Assembly: GCA_035626895.1 (NCBI GenBank)
Contig: DASPMU010000108.1
Span: 1-58,711 of the forward strand
DNA from: Alphaproteobacteria bacterium
GTDB taxonomy: Archaea; Nanobdellota; Nanobdellia; Woesearchaeales; UBA9642
Direction: 5' to 3'
Length of the DNA: 58,711 bases
Each line of letters begins with the position of its first letter. Position 1 is the first letter of the stretch. Below the pieces are notes generated by a model. It was not told the origin of the DNA, did not search any database, and worked only from the letters and a program-made list of their open reading frames with translations. Positions 9,399 through 19,021 of the stretch are shown here, in pieces. The position numbers were made by a program, and so were the translations under genes.

Positions 9399-10282
9399 AA
9401 TATAAATTTTTTGAAGCTTGTATCTCTTACATGTTCTTTATTGCGTATAAGCATTGTTATCGGGTAATGATCTGACATTTCTGTATTTGTTGTCTTGTCT
9501 ATATCATAACCTATAATTTCTTGCATCATGTTTTCATTGACGATAATTCTGTCGTATGCGCAATTAGAATTGCCTGCAGTGGTATCTTCATTGTTTTTGA
9601 TAATCCAATAATAATCAAAAAAATCTCTTTCTAATTCATCATAATATGCACAGTCGGCGTTAAGATCGCCAAGTATTATTATGTTGGTATTAAGCCCTGA
9701 AGAAATTTCTGATTCTACTAATTCTTCAAGATGAACTATTTCATTAGTTGCATCTTCTGGCTTTGCATGAAGAATATAAATTGAGAATGAATAATTATTC
9801 TCATTTGAGAAATCAACCTTTGCAGGAGGACGCTCCCATCTGTCAATTGCGTCGGGATTATAATCTTTGAATTCTTTTAATTCCAACGTATTTCTATATA
9901 GTACAGCATATTGTTCTTTTGATGTACTTCGTCCTGCCCTGCTTGAAATCTTGCAAGTATAGCCTTCAAATCTGCTGCATAGAGCGTTAAACGCCGAGCC
10001 ATCACTGTCTCTTATTTCTTGCAATATTATTATATCATAGCCATCAAGTATATCTACGTAATTTTGCATTAATTCGCTATTATTTGCTTTTTTATCTCCA
10101 AATATCTGCAAGTTCCATGCTATAATAGAAATTGTTTCATTTTCATCATATATCATGTCCTGTTGTTCAATAAATGCTGCGTAAAGTCCTGCAAGTATGA
10201 AGAATAGAATTAGAGCACCTGTTATAGAAAATGCAAGAATTTTCTTCATATAACTAAATAGGAAATGGCTGTTTATAAACAT
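9380..10282 (-). CDS. Secreted or membrane-anchored DNase I-like endonuclease/exonuclease/phosphatase (EEP) family nuclease
   Basis: N-terminal TM/signal (MKKILAFSITGALILFFILAGL). EEP motifs IIAWNLQIFG, DIIILQEIRD, ILGDLNADC, SDHYPI. Confidence 0.7.
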   Translation of the reverse strand: MFINSHFLFSYMKKILAFSITGALILFFILAGLYAAFIEQQDMIYDENETISIIAWNLQIFGDKKANNSELMQNYVDILDGYDIIILQEIRDSDGSAFNALCSRFEGYTCKISSRAGRSTSKEQYAVLYRNTLELKEFKDYNPDAIDRWERPPAKVDFSNENNYSFSIYILHAKPEDATNEIVHLEELVESEISSGLNTNIIILGDLNADCAYYDELERDFFDYYWIIKNNEDTTAGNSNCAYDRIIVNENMMQEIIGYDIDKTTNTEMSDHYPITMLIRNKEHVRDTSFKKFILWLFLQ

Positions 10283-10332
10283 TCTTTAATCATAATCGCA
10301 AAGTATTTATTCCCATAAGAATTTTATAAATT

Positions 10333-10554
10333 ATGGGAGAATATAGAATTACATCAGCAGATCATTGGGCAGATGGATATATTCCGGAACTGAATTCGGA
10401 TGGAACGATAACTCTTTTTGATAATGATGGCAATATAGAAAAGATAGTATATCCTGACCGTTCAGGTCTTGAAGCAAAAGTTGACCTAGAAGCAAGAAAA
10501 GCTCTTCCTAAGGAAGACAAAAAATACTATTCTGGAAATACGTCTTATTATTGA
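10333..10554 (+). CDS. Small hypothetical protein
   Basis: 73-aa ORF with an AT-rich promoter region. No motif recognised. Confidence 0.3.
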   Translation: MGEYRITSADHWADGYIPELNSDGTITLFDNDGNIEKIVYPDRSGLEAKVDLEARKALPKEDKKYYSGNTSYY

Positions 10555-10606
10555 ATTTAGTTTTTATAAAATTCTTTAGAATTAAATTAAAGATAATAAA
10601 AAATAA

Positions 10607-10921
10607 TTAGATAATGTCTTCTTCAGCTAGAACTACAAAGTCTCCGACTGCAATTACTGCTGAGAATGGGACTAGAATGTTTCCTTCCTTAGTCTTTTCT
10701 AGCTCTAATTTTTCAATGTAAGACGTTGGATTTACAAGTATTACATGGATTAATTCGCCAGTTCTTGCTTCGAAGACTATGTCTCCAACTTCACCGAATC
10801 TTTTCCCTGATTTAGATATAACTGTCTTTCCGATTAATTGCTTAGAAAATTTCTTATCATCAGTCATTTTTGGCTCTGCTTTGCTGCCGCCCATTGCCTG
10901 TTTGTTTAATAAATCAACCAT
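10607..10921 (-). CDS. PRC-barrel domain protein
   Basis: LIGKTVISKSGKRFGEVGDIVFEARTGELIHVIL ... VPFSAVIAVGD pattern. Confidence 0.55.
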   Translation of the reverse strand: MVDLLNKQAMGGSKAEPKMTDDKKFSKQLIGKTVISKSGKRFGEVGDIVFEARTGELIHVILVNPTSYIEKLELEKTKEGNILVPFSAVIAVGDFVVLAEEDII

Positions 10922-11030
10922 TCTGCATCACCTTGATCGTCACAATCGAAAATCTTTTTTCGTCAATGATTTCGTCAATAAAATAATTAAGATTGCCCAG
11001 ATATATAAAGTTTACTATTTGAAAATAGAA

Positions 11031-12038
11031 TCAATTTTGGGCCTGTTTTAGGGTTATTTTAAGCTCAGTTTCTGTTTTAATGCTGGTTTTTACGCTTTCT
11101 TTTTTGAGTTTAGCCTGATCCAGCAAAGTTTTCATTTCCGAACTGTTGTAACAAGTCTCTTTGAAAGGGCAAGTCTTGCATTTATTTCGATTATCAACAT
11201 AATCAGGCAAAGTGAAATCGCTGATAAGTTTATTTACAGCTCTTATTAGATCTAAAACTTCATCGCGAAGCAAGGAATTCATCTGAAGGACTCTTCTATC
11301 ATCTGCATCTTTGTATTGAAGGACTCCTTCTGTTGATTCGTATCCTTTGTCCTCAAGAAGCATTATATATGCTGCAAGCTGCACGCGATGGCCGTCCCAC
11401 ATTCCTTTTGAAGGAACCTTGCCAGTCTTTAATTCTATAGGAAGATATATTTTCTTGTCATCCTGCAGAGTATTATGAATTTCAATGACATCAATAACTC
11501 CTGAGAGGTTCAATTTTTCCGACTTATAATATTGCTCTGAAAGTATTTTTGGCGTCAAAATTTTCCATAATTCCTGGCCGTAAACTTCATGCTTATTCAT
11601 GAAGTTTGATAAATTCAAAGCTCTGTTTTTTGCTTCATTCTCAAATCCGGGCCAATAATCTTTGAATAACTCTATCATCGATAGATTGAATTCCTTTAGT
11701 CCGGACTTGTTTTTTATTATTGCATTTCTCAAATATTTTGAATAATATTTTCTATAGATATCAAATAATTCCGGATAAGACTTCTTTTCAGAGATGGAAG
11801 ATACAATTGCTTCCTCTCCAGTATTTATCAATTCGAAAGTTTCATGCCAGATTTTTCCCTTGACTAATTCTTCCTTAGGAGGAGATTCTAATGAGAGAAC
11901 AGTAGTCATGAATAATTTTCTTGGGCAATATAGATAAGAAGATAATTGTGTCGCTGTTACCATTTCGGGAAAAGACTGTCGAAGATTTATAAAGTTTGGG
12001 CAATAGTGTCCAGTGAAAGATAATCTAATATATTGCAA
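11031..12038 (-). CDS. Stand-alone Cas4-like RecB-family exonuclease with Fe-S Cys cluster
   Basis: N-terminal YLYCPRKLF; DVIEI ... IELKTGK; QLAAY; C-terminal CKTCPFKETC. The start is possibly MVTATQL at about 11963. Confidence 0.7.
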   Translation of the reverse strand: MQYIRLSFTGHYCPNFINLRQSFPEMVTATQLSSYLYCPRKLFMTTVLSLESPPKEELVKGKIWHETFELINTGEEAIVSSISEKKSYPELFDIYRKYYSKYLRNAIIKNKSGLKEFNLSMIELFKDYWPGFENEAKNRALNLSNFMNKHEVYGQELWKILTPKILSEQYYKSEKLNLSGVIDVIEIHNTLQDDKKIYLPIELKTGKVPSKGMWDGHRVQLAAYIMLLEDKGYESTEGVLQYKDADDRRVLQMNSLLRDEVLDLIRAVNKLISDFTLPDYVDNRNKCKTCPFKETCYNSSEMKTLLDQAKLKKESVKTSIKTETELKITLKQAQN

Positions 12039-12104
12039 TATTATACACCACTATTAAATAGATACAACAGAAACACTTTTAAAGATCTGCTTTCTCCAAT
12101 CGTC

Positions 12105-13418
12105 ATGCGTAAAAATACCAGTTCAGTAAGTTTGGCATTCATAATACTAATATCGTTATTCTCTAGTTTTTCATTCGCAGCAAGCACGCAAGAATCTATG
12201 GAAAATACTATAGATAAGCAGTTAGGACTTCAAGACAGTATAAACAGGGCAAGTATAGAAATGAGTTCATTTTTCTATGACGTGCAAAAATCAGACATTT
12301 TAATCATAACCGGAAGCAAGATAAGTGTTGAGGATAAGATGATATTTAGAATCATCCAATCTCACTTGGGCGCGGGAAGCTTTGCGACCATGACTGATAT
12401 TGAAGCTCTAAATAATTCAGCAATATATGGAAAAACAATAATACTTCTCGGAAGCGACAGGACAAACTACATCAGCAAAGAAGTATCTGATAAAGGCTTT
12501 TTGGACAATTCTAATCAAAGCGAATATGATCCTTTGAAAGTAGAATACGGAATCAGCGATTCCGGCAAGAAAATGCTTATAGTATATTCTCAAAAAGAAA
12601 TCAAAAATAACGAAAACAGGGCGGTGAAAAATTCTCCGCTGAATAATTTCATGGACGAGAAATATGTCCCTGCAGCTGCAACACTTATAAGTGTATTTTT
12701 GCTATATCTTTGGACAATAGTAGGAGACGCCCTGGTAAGCTTAGTTAGCGATTATATTTCATCAAAAATTGCAGACAAGGCAACAAAAAACAAGAAAATA
12801 AGCGAAAAGAAAAAGCAGCATCATGAGAAAAAATTAAGAGTGCACCAGCTCATGCACATGCATGAAGTCATCGCGTTAGTTTTTAGCATAATAGTTTTCG
12901 CGCTCACTCTTGCATGGACTTGGACAAATAACATGAGCAATTTCTGGAATATGTTCTTAATCAGCATAATAATCGTCGCAATATTATCCATAATGAAAGA
13001 ATACATCAGGCAAAATTTCTGCTATGAGAGAAAAGTATCAACTGAATACTTGCTATGGCCATTTGGAGCTCTTGTGACAGTAGTCAGCACATATTTAGGA
13101 AACACATTCTCATTAGTTTCATACGGACTTGTCGATGATACAGATGAAGATGAAAAGAAATTCGGAAAAATATCATTCTTGACATCTTTATTCACTCTCT
13201 TAATATCGATATTTGCATACATTGCAAACATAATATATCCGAGCCTATTGCTCCAGATGATATTTGTCTATGCAATAATGTCAACATTTATCGACATGTT
13301 CCCAATGTCCCCTATGGGCGGGGCAGATGTTCGAAAATGGAACTTCCCGGTGTGGCTTGTCATGTATATTGTAATAATAGCATGCTATATCTTCATGAAT
13401 TTCACTTCTTACATATAG
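12105..13418 (+). CDS. Membrane protein with large N-terminal ectodomain; possibly degenerate M50/S2P-like
   Basis: The track starts at a TTG at 12033. The ATG at 12105 gives signal peptide MRKNTSSVSLAFIILISLFSSFSFA. The TM block contains MHMHEVIA and DMFPMSPMGGAD, reminiscent of HExxH and NxxPxxxLDG. Confidence 0.45.
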   Translation: MRKNTSSVSLAFIILISLFSSFSFAASTQESMENTIDKQLGLQDSINRASIEMSSFFYDVQKSDILIITGSKISVEDKMIFRIIQSHLGAGSFATMTDIEALNNSAIYGKTIILLGSDRTNYISKEVSDKGFLDNSNQSEYDPLKVEYGISDSGKKMLIVYSQKEIKNNENRAVKNSPLNNFMDEKYVPAAATLISVFLLYLWTIVGDALVSLVSDYISSKIADKATKNKKISEKKKQHHEKKLRVHQLMHMHEVIALVFSIIVFALTLAWTWTNNMSNFWNMFLISIIIVAILSIMKEYIRQNFCYERKVSTEYLLWPFGALVTVVSTYLGNTFSLVSYGLVDDTDEDEKKFGKISFLTSLFTLLISIFAYIANIIYPSLLLQMIFVYAIMSTFIDMFPMSPMGGADVRKWNFPVWLVMYIVIIACYIFMNFTSYI

Positions 13419-13480
13419 ATTAAGAATTATATTTCTTTAATTATCGATAATTATTTAAATATTGATTCTCGAAATTGAGT

Positions 13481-14617
13481 ATGTCCAAGAGAGTGAGATC
13501 TAAGTCCGCAAAATCAGTCAAGCATCAGCCTAGGCTTACATATGATGCTTTAATCAAGCAACATCTTCATATTCTAAAGAATTTGCAGTATAATTCAGGG
13601 CTTTTTGCGGCATCAAAAAAAAACGTCAGTACGGGATATGACAAATCCTGGCTAAGGGATAATTTCTACGAATGCCTGGCGTTTGAAGTCATAGGAGACT
13701 GGGCGACAGTTGAAAAGACATACGAAGCAATCCTTAAAATATTTCTAAAACATGAATATAAAATAGATTATGCGATTGCAAACAAGCCGCAGCATAAGCA
13801 CGAGTACATTCATGCAAGATTCAATCCTGATACTTTCGATGAATATTGGGAAGATTGGGGAAATAAGCAGAACGATAGCATCGGCGCAATCCTCTATCGA
13901 ATCGGCGAACTGGAACATCACAAGCCAAAATACATACTAAAAAACCAGGATTACATAAGAATTGTAAATAAATTAGTAAAATATCTAGAATCAATCCATT
14001 ACTGGTGTGACGAAGATAATGGCGTCTGGGAAGAGAATGAAGAAGTACATGCATCAAGCGTCGGAGCATGTGTTGCCGGCCTTAGAAGCGTCAGCAGATT
14101 AGAAGGGATTAATGTTTCGAAAGAATTAATAGAAAAAGGAGAAGAAACACTAAAGCATCTTCTTCCTCGTGAATCAAAAACTAAGTTTGTAGATCTTGCA
14201 TTATTATCATTGATATATCCTTACAATGTAGTCAATAAAAAACAGCGCGATGATATTTTGAAAAATGTAGAATACTTATTGCTTCGAAAACGTGGAGTGA
14301 TAAGATACAAGAATGATCATTATTACAACAAGAATCCTGACGGATATAGTGAAGAAGCTGAATGGACTTTCGGGCTTTCATGGCTTGCAATAATATATGA
14401 AAGAATGAATGATAAAAAAAAGGCAAAGAAATTCATAGACATGAGCCTAAATGCACTGACGCCTGACGGCGTTCCAGAGCTTTATTTTAGCAATTCGAAA
14501 AAATACAATGATAATACTCCACTGGGTTGGAGCGAGTCGCTCTTTATTGTTTCCCTGCATGATATGAACAAGAAATTCATAGGCAAAACAGGAAATCTCA
14601 AGAAGCATAAGAAATGA
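13481..14617 (+). CDS. Glycoside hydrolase family 15-like (glucoamylase-type alpha/alpha barrel) protein
   Basis: GLFAAS, GYDKSWLRDNFY, WEENEEVHASSVGACVAGL, WSESLF. ATG at 13481, two codons after the track's TTG. Confidence 0.65.
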   Translation: MSKRVRSKSAKSVKHQPRLTYDALIKQHLHILKNLQYNSGLFAASKKNVSTGYDKSWLRDNFYECLAFEVIGDWATVEKTYEAILKIFLKHEYKIDYAIANKPQHKHEYIHARFNPDTFDEYWEDWGNKQNDSIGAILYRIGELEHHKPKYILKNQDYIRIVNKLVKYLESIHYWCDEDNGVWEENEEVHASSVGACVAGLRSVSRLEGINVSKELIEKGEETLKHLLPRESKTKFVDLALLSLIYPYNVVNKKQRDDILKNVEYLLLRKRGVIRYKNDHYYNKNPDGYSEEAEWTFGLSWLAIIYERMNDKKKAKKFIDMSLNALTPDGVPELYFSNSKKYNDNTPLGWSESLFIVSLHDMNKKFIGKTGNLKKHKK

Positions 14618-14654
14618 AAAATTATGTTTTAATAAGAAACTTTAAAAAAGCATA

Positions 14655-15326
14655 TTGCGAATATTAAGTAAAAAGAGTTTAGGTGAGCTATTGGTCAAGA
14701 AAAAGAGCATAAAATCGAAGATCGCAAAACATCCAAAGAAAAGATTAAGAAAATCTGATATCAATGATAAATTGGATAAAATCTTGAGCATGGAAAACAA
14801 GCTTTTGGATGTTGAGAAGAGCATAGATGAAAAAGAGACAAAAGAACTGGCTCTTGAAAAAAGAGAAGAATCAGATCTTGAAAAACTTGAAAGAATAGAA
14901 CAGGAAATAAAAAGCGAGATCGGAGAACATCCTCTTGCAAAAATTACTTATAAGGATGTTATCAAAGGCCTTGTCGGAGCATTTGTCGGTCTTGCAATCC
15001 ATTACACCTTTGTATACGGTGTCAAGATATCAGAAGAATTGACAATGTCGCGAGCTACAATGCTTTTCCCGTTGACATTTATCATCGGACTTATGTTCAT
15101 TTACGCTACTGGCTTTAGAAAAGTCAAGGATAAAGAGTTACTATGGTTCATGCCTATAAGGCTCATTGTCTTATATGTATGTGCATTAGTTATGTCGATA
15201 ATAGTATTGTTTGTATTTTATCCGCATTTCGGACATACATTCGAAGAATCATACAAAATGGTCGCTGGAGTAATGCTTGCAGCAGTAGTCGGCGCTTGCA
15301 CTGCAGATCTGTTTGGGAAGGAATAA
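14655..15326 (+). CDS. Hypothetical membrane protein with charged coiled-coil N-terminus
   Basis: K/E-rich N-terminal half followed by about 4 TM helices. The TTG start is uncertain. Confidence 0.4.
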   Translation: MRILSKKSLGELLVKKKSIKSKIAKHPKKRLRKSDINDKLDKILSMENKLLDVEKSIDEKETKELALEKREESDLEKLERIEQEIKSEIGEHPLAKITYKDVIKGLVGAFVGLAIHYTFVYGVKISEELTMSRATMLFPLTFIIGLMFIYATGFRKVKDKELLWFMPIRLIVLYVCALVMSIIVLFVFYPHFGHTFEESYKMVAGVMLAAVVGACTADLFGKE

Positions 15327-15328
15327 AA

Positions 15329-15775
15329 ATGATAAAAAATGCAAATATAGCAGAGTTATTCGGCGAATTAATAGTATTTTTTAACGGCGTAGAAAAATTG
15401 GCGCTCACTATAAAGGAAGATATAGTTAAAAAAGGAAGAGATGCTATTATTATAGATAGAGAAGTAAGTAGTTCTATAAAATCTGTCGTTGAAAAAAAGA
15501 TCGATGAAATAAAAAAATTGTATAAGGAAAAAATAAATATAATAAATTCTCTAGATATAGATAAGAAAAATAAAGAAGATATCGTAAAGGACATAAACAA
15601 TGCCATTTTGTCTTTAGAGTTATATAAGACTGCAGCCCAGCATGTTCTAAATTCCGAAAAAAACATCGTAGAAACATCTTACGAGCATTTCAAGGAAAAA
15701 TACAATAATTATATAATTCTTAACAGAGTAGTTATAGGCCGATTGGGAACATATATGCATCGAAAGGCGGCTTAA
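15329..15775 (+). CDS. Hypothetical helical protein
   Basis: The ATG at 15329 lies 3 nt after the upstream stop. The longer track ORF (from 15143) would overlap the upstream gene out of frame. Confidence 0.35.
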   Translation: MIKNANIAELFGELIVFFNGVEKLALTIKEDIVKKGRDAIIIDREVSSSIKSVVEKKIDEIKKLYKEKINIINSLDIDKKNKEDIVKDINNAILSLELYKTAAQHVLNSEKNIVETSYEHFKEKYNNYIILNRVVIGRLGTYMHRKAA

Positions 15776-15805
15776 ATTTTTAAAGATATACTCTTTTCTA
15801 TCACA

Positions 15806-16801
15806 ATGAACCTAGATGATTATTCTTACGAGCTTCCAGAATCACTTATAGCCCAACATCCTGCAGACCCTAGAGATTCTTGCAAATTGATGATTATTGG
15901 CAAAAACAAAATAGAACATGGCATCTTTCGAGATATTCTTAGCCAGTTCAGCAAAGGAGATATCTTGGTTTTGAATAATACCAAGGTAAAGCATTCTAAA
16001 TTACTAGGCAAGAAAGAATCAGGAAGCGCTGCTGAAATAACATTGCTCAAAAATATCTCTGCAAATATTTACGAAGCAAAAATAAAGACGAAAAATCCAC
16101 TTGTTGGAACTAAGATCATTCTTCATCATGCAACTGCTGAAATAATAATGCAGAAAAACATCGATACATTCGTTGTCAAATTAGATAACAAAAATGCATT
16201 GAAAGATGCCGTGATGCCTTCACCTCCTTACATAAAACATGTTGTAACAGATAAAGAATACCAGACAGTTTACTCTGATAAGAAAAAAGAAGGATCTCTT
16301 GCAAGCCCGACTGCAGGGCTTCATTTTACAAAATCACTTCTTGCAAAAATCCAAAAGAAAGGAGTCAAGATTGTTTACATAACGCTTCATGTAAGCTATG
16401 GAACATTCAAAAATATCGAGGATGTTAAAACATACGTCATGGAGCCTGAACATTATGAAATATCAAATCAGGCAGCGAAAATAATCAACAATAGAGACAA
16501 AAAGAAAAACAGATTGTTTGTTGTCGGAACAACAACACTCAAGGCTCTTGAAACAAGCGCTTCAAAATCAGGAAAAATAATTGCCGGCTCTGCAGAATCG
16601 ACATTATTCATTTATCCTCCTTACAAATTCAAATCTGGGACTGACGCATTGATAACTAATTTTCACCTTCCAAAATCAACTTTATTGCTCCTTACGTGCG
16701 CATTTGGAGAAAGAAAAAGAATATTGGACGCATATCATGCCGCAATAAAAAATAATTATAGGTTTTATAGTCTTGGCGATTCTATGATAATATATAAATA
16801 A
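15806..16801 (+). CDS. queA: S-adenosylmethionine:tRNA ribosyltransferase-isomerase
   Basis: Colinear with bacterial QueA: YSYELPESLIAQHP, LASPTAGLHFT, VVGTTTLKALE, ITNFHLPKSTLL, YRFYSLGDSMII. Confidence 0.85.
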   Translation: MNLDDYSYELPESLIAQHPADPRDSCKLMIIGKNKIEHGIFRDILSQFSKGDILVLNNTKVKHSKLLGKKESGSAAEITLLKNISANIYEAKIKTKNPLVGTKIILHHATAEIIMQKNIDTFVVKLDNKNALKDAVMPSPPYIKHVVTDKEYQTVYSDKKKEGSLASPTAGLHFTKSLLAKIQKKGVKIVYITLHVSYGTFKNIEDVKTYVMEPEHYEISNQAAKIINNRDKKKNRLFVVGTTTLKALETSASKSGKIIAGSAESTLFIYPPYKFKSGTDALITNFHLPKSTLLLLTCAFGERKRILDAYHAAIKNNYRFYSLGDSMIIYK

Positions 16802-16892
16802 TTGTGAATAATTTAAAAGTAAGAGGATATAAGACGTTTATTTAAAATAAAAGTTACCAAAAGTTTATAAATAATTATGCATTCCTATTAGT

Positions 16893-18077
16893 ATGGCAGA
16901 TAACGGTTCTGAGGCTAAAACAAAGAATAAAAGCGATGGCAAAGACGACAATAGCCTAAAATACTCATACACAGCGGCGCAATTCACAAATGCTGCTGAA
17001 GATGAAAACAGGATTCTAAAAGAAGCTGTAAATTCTTTGCGAGAAGAAATCGAAAGATTAAAGGCTCCGTCATTAATGGTTGCTGAACTTACAGAATTAG
17101 TAAACCCTAACCGTGCATTAATAAAAATTCCAAATGGAAACAAATTCTACGTATCAATTTCCGCAAGCCTCAAAGGATTAGAACCTGGAGACAGCGTTCT
17201 TGTCGAGCAGAAAAATCTTAATATCATAGACAAAATAAACGTATCAAAGAATTTTGATGTAGAAAGATTTGTCATAATTGAAAAGCCAAAGATCAGCTGG
17301 GCAAATATCGGCGGACTTAACGAGCAAATTGCAGAGATAAAAGAAGTTGTGGAACTTCCGCTTCTCAAGCCGGAATTATTCAAGAAACTTGGAATAAATC
17401 CTCCAAAAGGAATATTACTCTATGGTCCTCCAGGAACTGGAAAGACACTCATGGCAAAGGCAATTGCAAACAGCACTGACGCTACATTCATTGAAATTGT
17501 CGGATCTGAAATAGTCCAAAAATTCATCGGAGACGGCGCTAAACTCATCAAAGAAATATTCCAATTAGCAAAATCCAAGGCTCCTGCAATCGTATTTATC
17601 GACGAGATAGATGCGCTTTGCGCAAAGAGAATAGAGCTTGGAACCTCAGGAGAAAGAGAAGTCCAAAGAACATTCATGCAGCTCTTGGCAGAACTTGATG
17701 GATTCAAATCCTTGGATAATGTCAAGATAATCGGCTGCACCAACAGAAAAGATATCCTGGATCCTGCAATAGTTAGGCCTGGAAGACTTGACAGGTTAAT
17801 TGAAGTTCCAACTCCTGACAAAGAAGGAATAAAGCAAATCTACAAAATACATATCAAATCAATGCCTCTTGAAAAGAAAATCAACATGGACAAATTATAC
17901 GATCTATCGCTTGATCTTTCTGGAGCGGAGATAAGAGCTGTAGCAACTGAAGCAGGCTACTTTGCAATCAGGGAAGACAGGGATGTTGTGACCGAGCAGG
18001 ATTTCGTTAGAGCAATAGCAAAAATCAGAAAAGAAGAAGACAAGTACGGCAAAGATTACGTGTCGATGTTCGGATAA
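16893..18077 (+). CDS. pan: Proteasome-activating nucleotidase (AAA+ ATPase)
   Basis: N-terminal coiled coil, OB segment, Walker A GPPGTGKT, Walker B IVFIDEID, second region of homology. TATA about 25 nt upstream. Confidence 0.9.
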   Translation: MADNGSEAKTKNKSDGKDDNSLKYSYTAAQFTNAAEDENRILKEAVNSLREEIERLKAPSLMVAELTELVNPNRALIKIPNGNKFYVSISASLKGLEPGDSVLVEQKNLNIIDKINVSKNFDVERFVIIEKPKISWANIGGLNEQIAEIKEVVELPLLKPELFKKLGINPPKGILLYGPPGTGKTLMAKAIANSTDATFIEIVGSEIVQKFIGDGAKLIKEIFQLAKSKAPAIVFIDEIDALCAKRIELGTSGEREVQRTFMQLLAELDGFKSLDNVKIIGCTNRKDILDPAIVRPGRLDRLIEVPTPDKEGIKQIYKIHIKSMPLEKKINMDKLYDLSLDLSGAEIRAVATEAGYFAIREDRDVVTEQDFVRAIAKIRKEEDKYGKDYVSMFG

Positions 18078-18115
18078 GTTTTTTTCAAATAATTTTTACT
18101 TAGGGGTTGTTGATA

Positions 18116-18517
18116 ATGCTTGAGAATAGTGTTGAAGAAGTAATAAGAAAAAATTGGTCAAAGGAAACTAGTTCTGATCCAGATAATTGGACGCTGAAAA
18201 AACCTGGATGGGGACAATCTGAAGCAACAGCATTAGTGATGAATGATTATTTAGGCGGAGAAATAGTAGATTTACACGCACTGATAAGAGGTCCTCAAAT
18301 AAGTTGTTACTTAAACATAATTAAAGAAGATGAAAATGCATATAAAATTTTAGAACATCTATTTTCTAAAAGGGAATTAATTTATATAATTGGAAGGGGA
18401 AATCATCCAACATTTAATTCTGCAAGAAAATACTTATTGTCAAATAAAAATATTAATTCATCATACGAAATACTTAAAAAAAGAGTAGATGAGGATTTGA
18501 AATCTGAAAAATTTTAA
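18116..18517 (+). CDS. Hypothetical protein, possibly YunG-like
   Basis: SSDPDNWT..KPGWGQSEATALVMNDYLGGEIV. ATG at 18116 preceded by GGGG. Tandem paralog follows. Confidence 0.45.
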   Translation: MLENSVEEVIRKNWSKETSSDPDNWTLKKPGWGQSEATALVMNDYLGGEIVDLHALIRGPQISCYLNIIKEDENAYKILEHLFSKRELIYIIGRGNHPTFNSARKYLLSNKNINSSYEILKKRVDEDLKSEKF

Positions 18518-18565
18518 AAGATGATAAAGTTATCATAATTAAATAGTATTGGTGGGTTGTTGATA

Positions 18566-18979
18566 ATGCCTATTTCGAAACTTGAGCAGGCTATAATGAC
18601 AAGCTGGAGACGTATTACTAGTTCTGATCCAGATAACTGGAGCGAAAATAATCCTGCCTGGGGGCAGTCTGAAGCATCAGCTCTTGTAATGAATGATTAT
18701 CTTGGCGGCGAGATAGTATGGTCTAATGTTCTTCTCCGCAACAGAAAAAAAGGCATAAATTATTATAGAAACAAGGCAGGGCATAAAGAAAACAGGCTTT
18801 TAGAGATGCAGTTTCCTGAATCAGCAGTTATCCCAAACGCCATGCCGAAAAAAGAAGGATATAATTCTACAAGAGAGTATTTATTGTCGGACGAGAATGT
18901 ATTGATAAACTATAATCTTCTTAAAAAAGATGTAGAAAAATATTTGCAAGAAAATAAAACGCAGCAGCCAGATTATTGA
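18566..18979 (+). CDS. Hypothetical protein, paralog of 18116-18517
   Basis: SSDPDNWS..NPAWGQSEASALVMNDYLGGEIV. Near-identical 5' leader (GGGTTGTTGATAATG). Confidence 0.45.
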   Translation: MPISKLEQAIMTSWRRITSSDPDNWSENNPAWGQSEASALVMNDYLGGEIVWSNVLLRNRKKGINYYRNKAGHKENRLLEMQFPESAVIPNAMPKKEGYNSTREYLLSDENVLINYNLLKKDVEKYLQENKTQQPDY

Positions 18980-19021
18980 GCAATGGAGTAATATTAAATA
19001 TAATTCTTAATTATCGAAACA

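Noticed and set aside
11031-12038. Cas4-like gene as a sign of a CRISPR-Cas locus
   Set aside because: No repeat-spacer array, cas1/cas2 or effector genes appear anywhere in the window. Stand-alone Cas4/RecB-like nucleases are common in archaea.
15143-15328. N-terminal extension of ORF 15143-15775
   Set aside because: It overlaps the C-terminal TM region of 14655-15326 in another frame and translates to Cys/Arg-rich nonsense. The ATG at 15329 directly follows the upstream stop.
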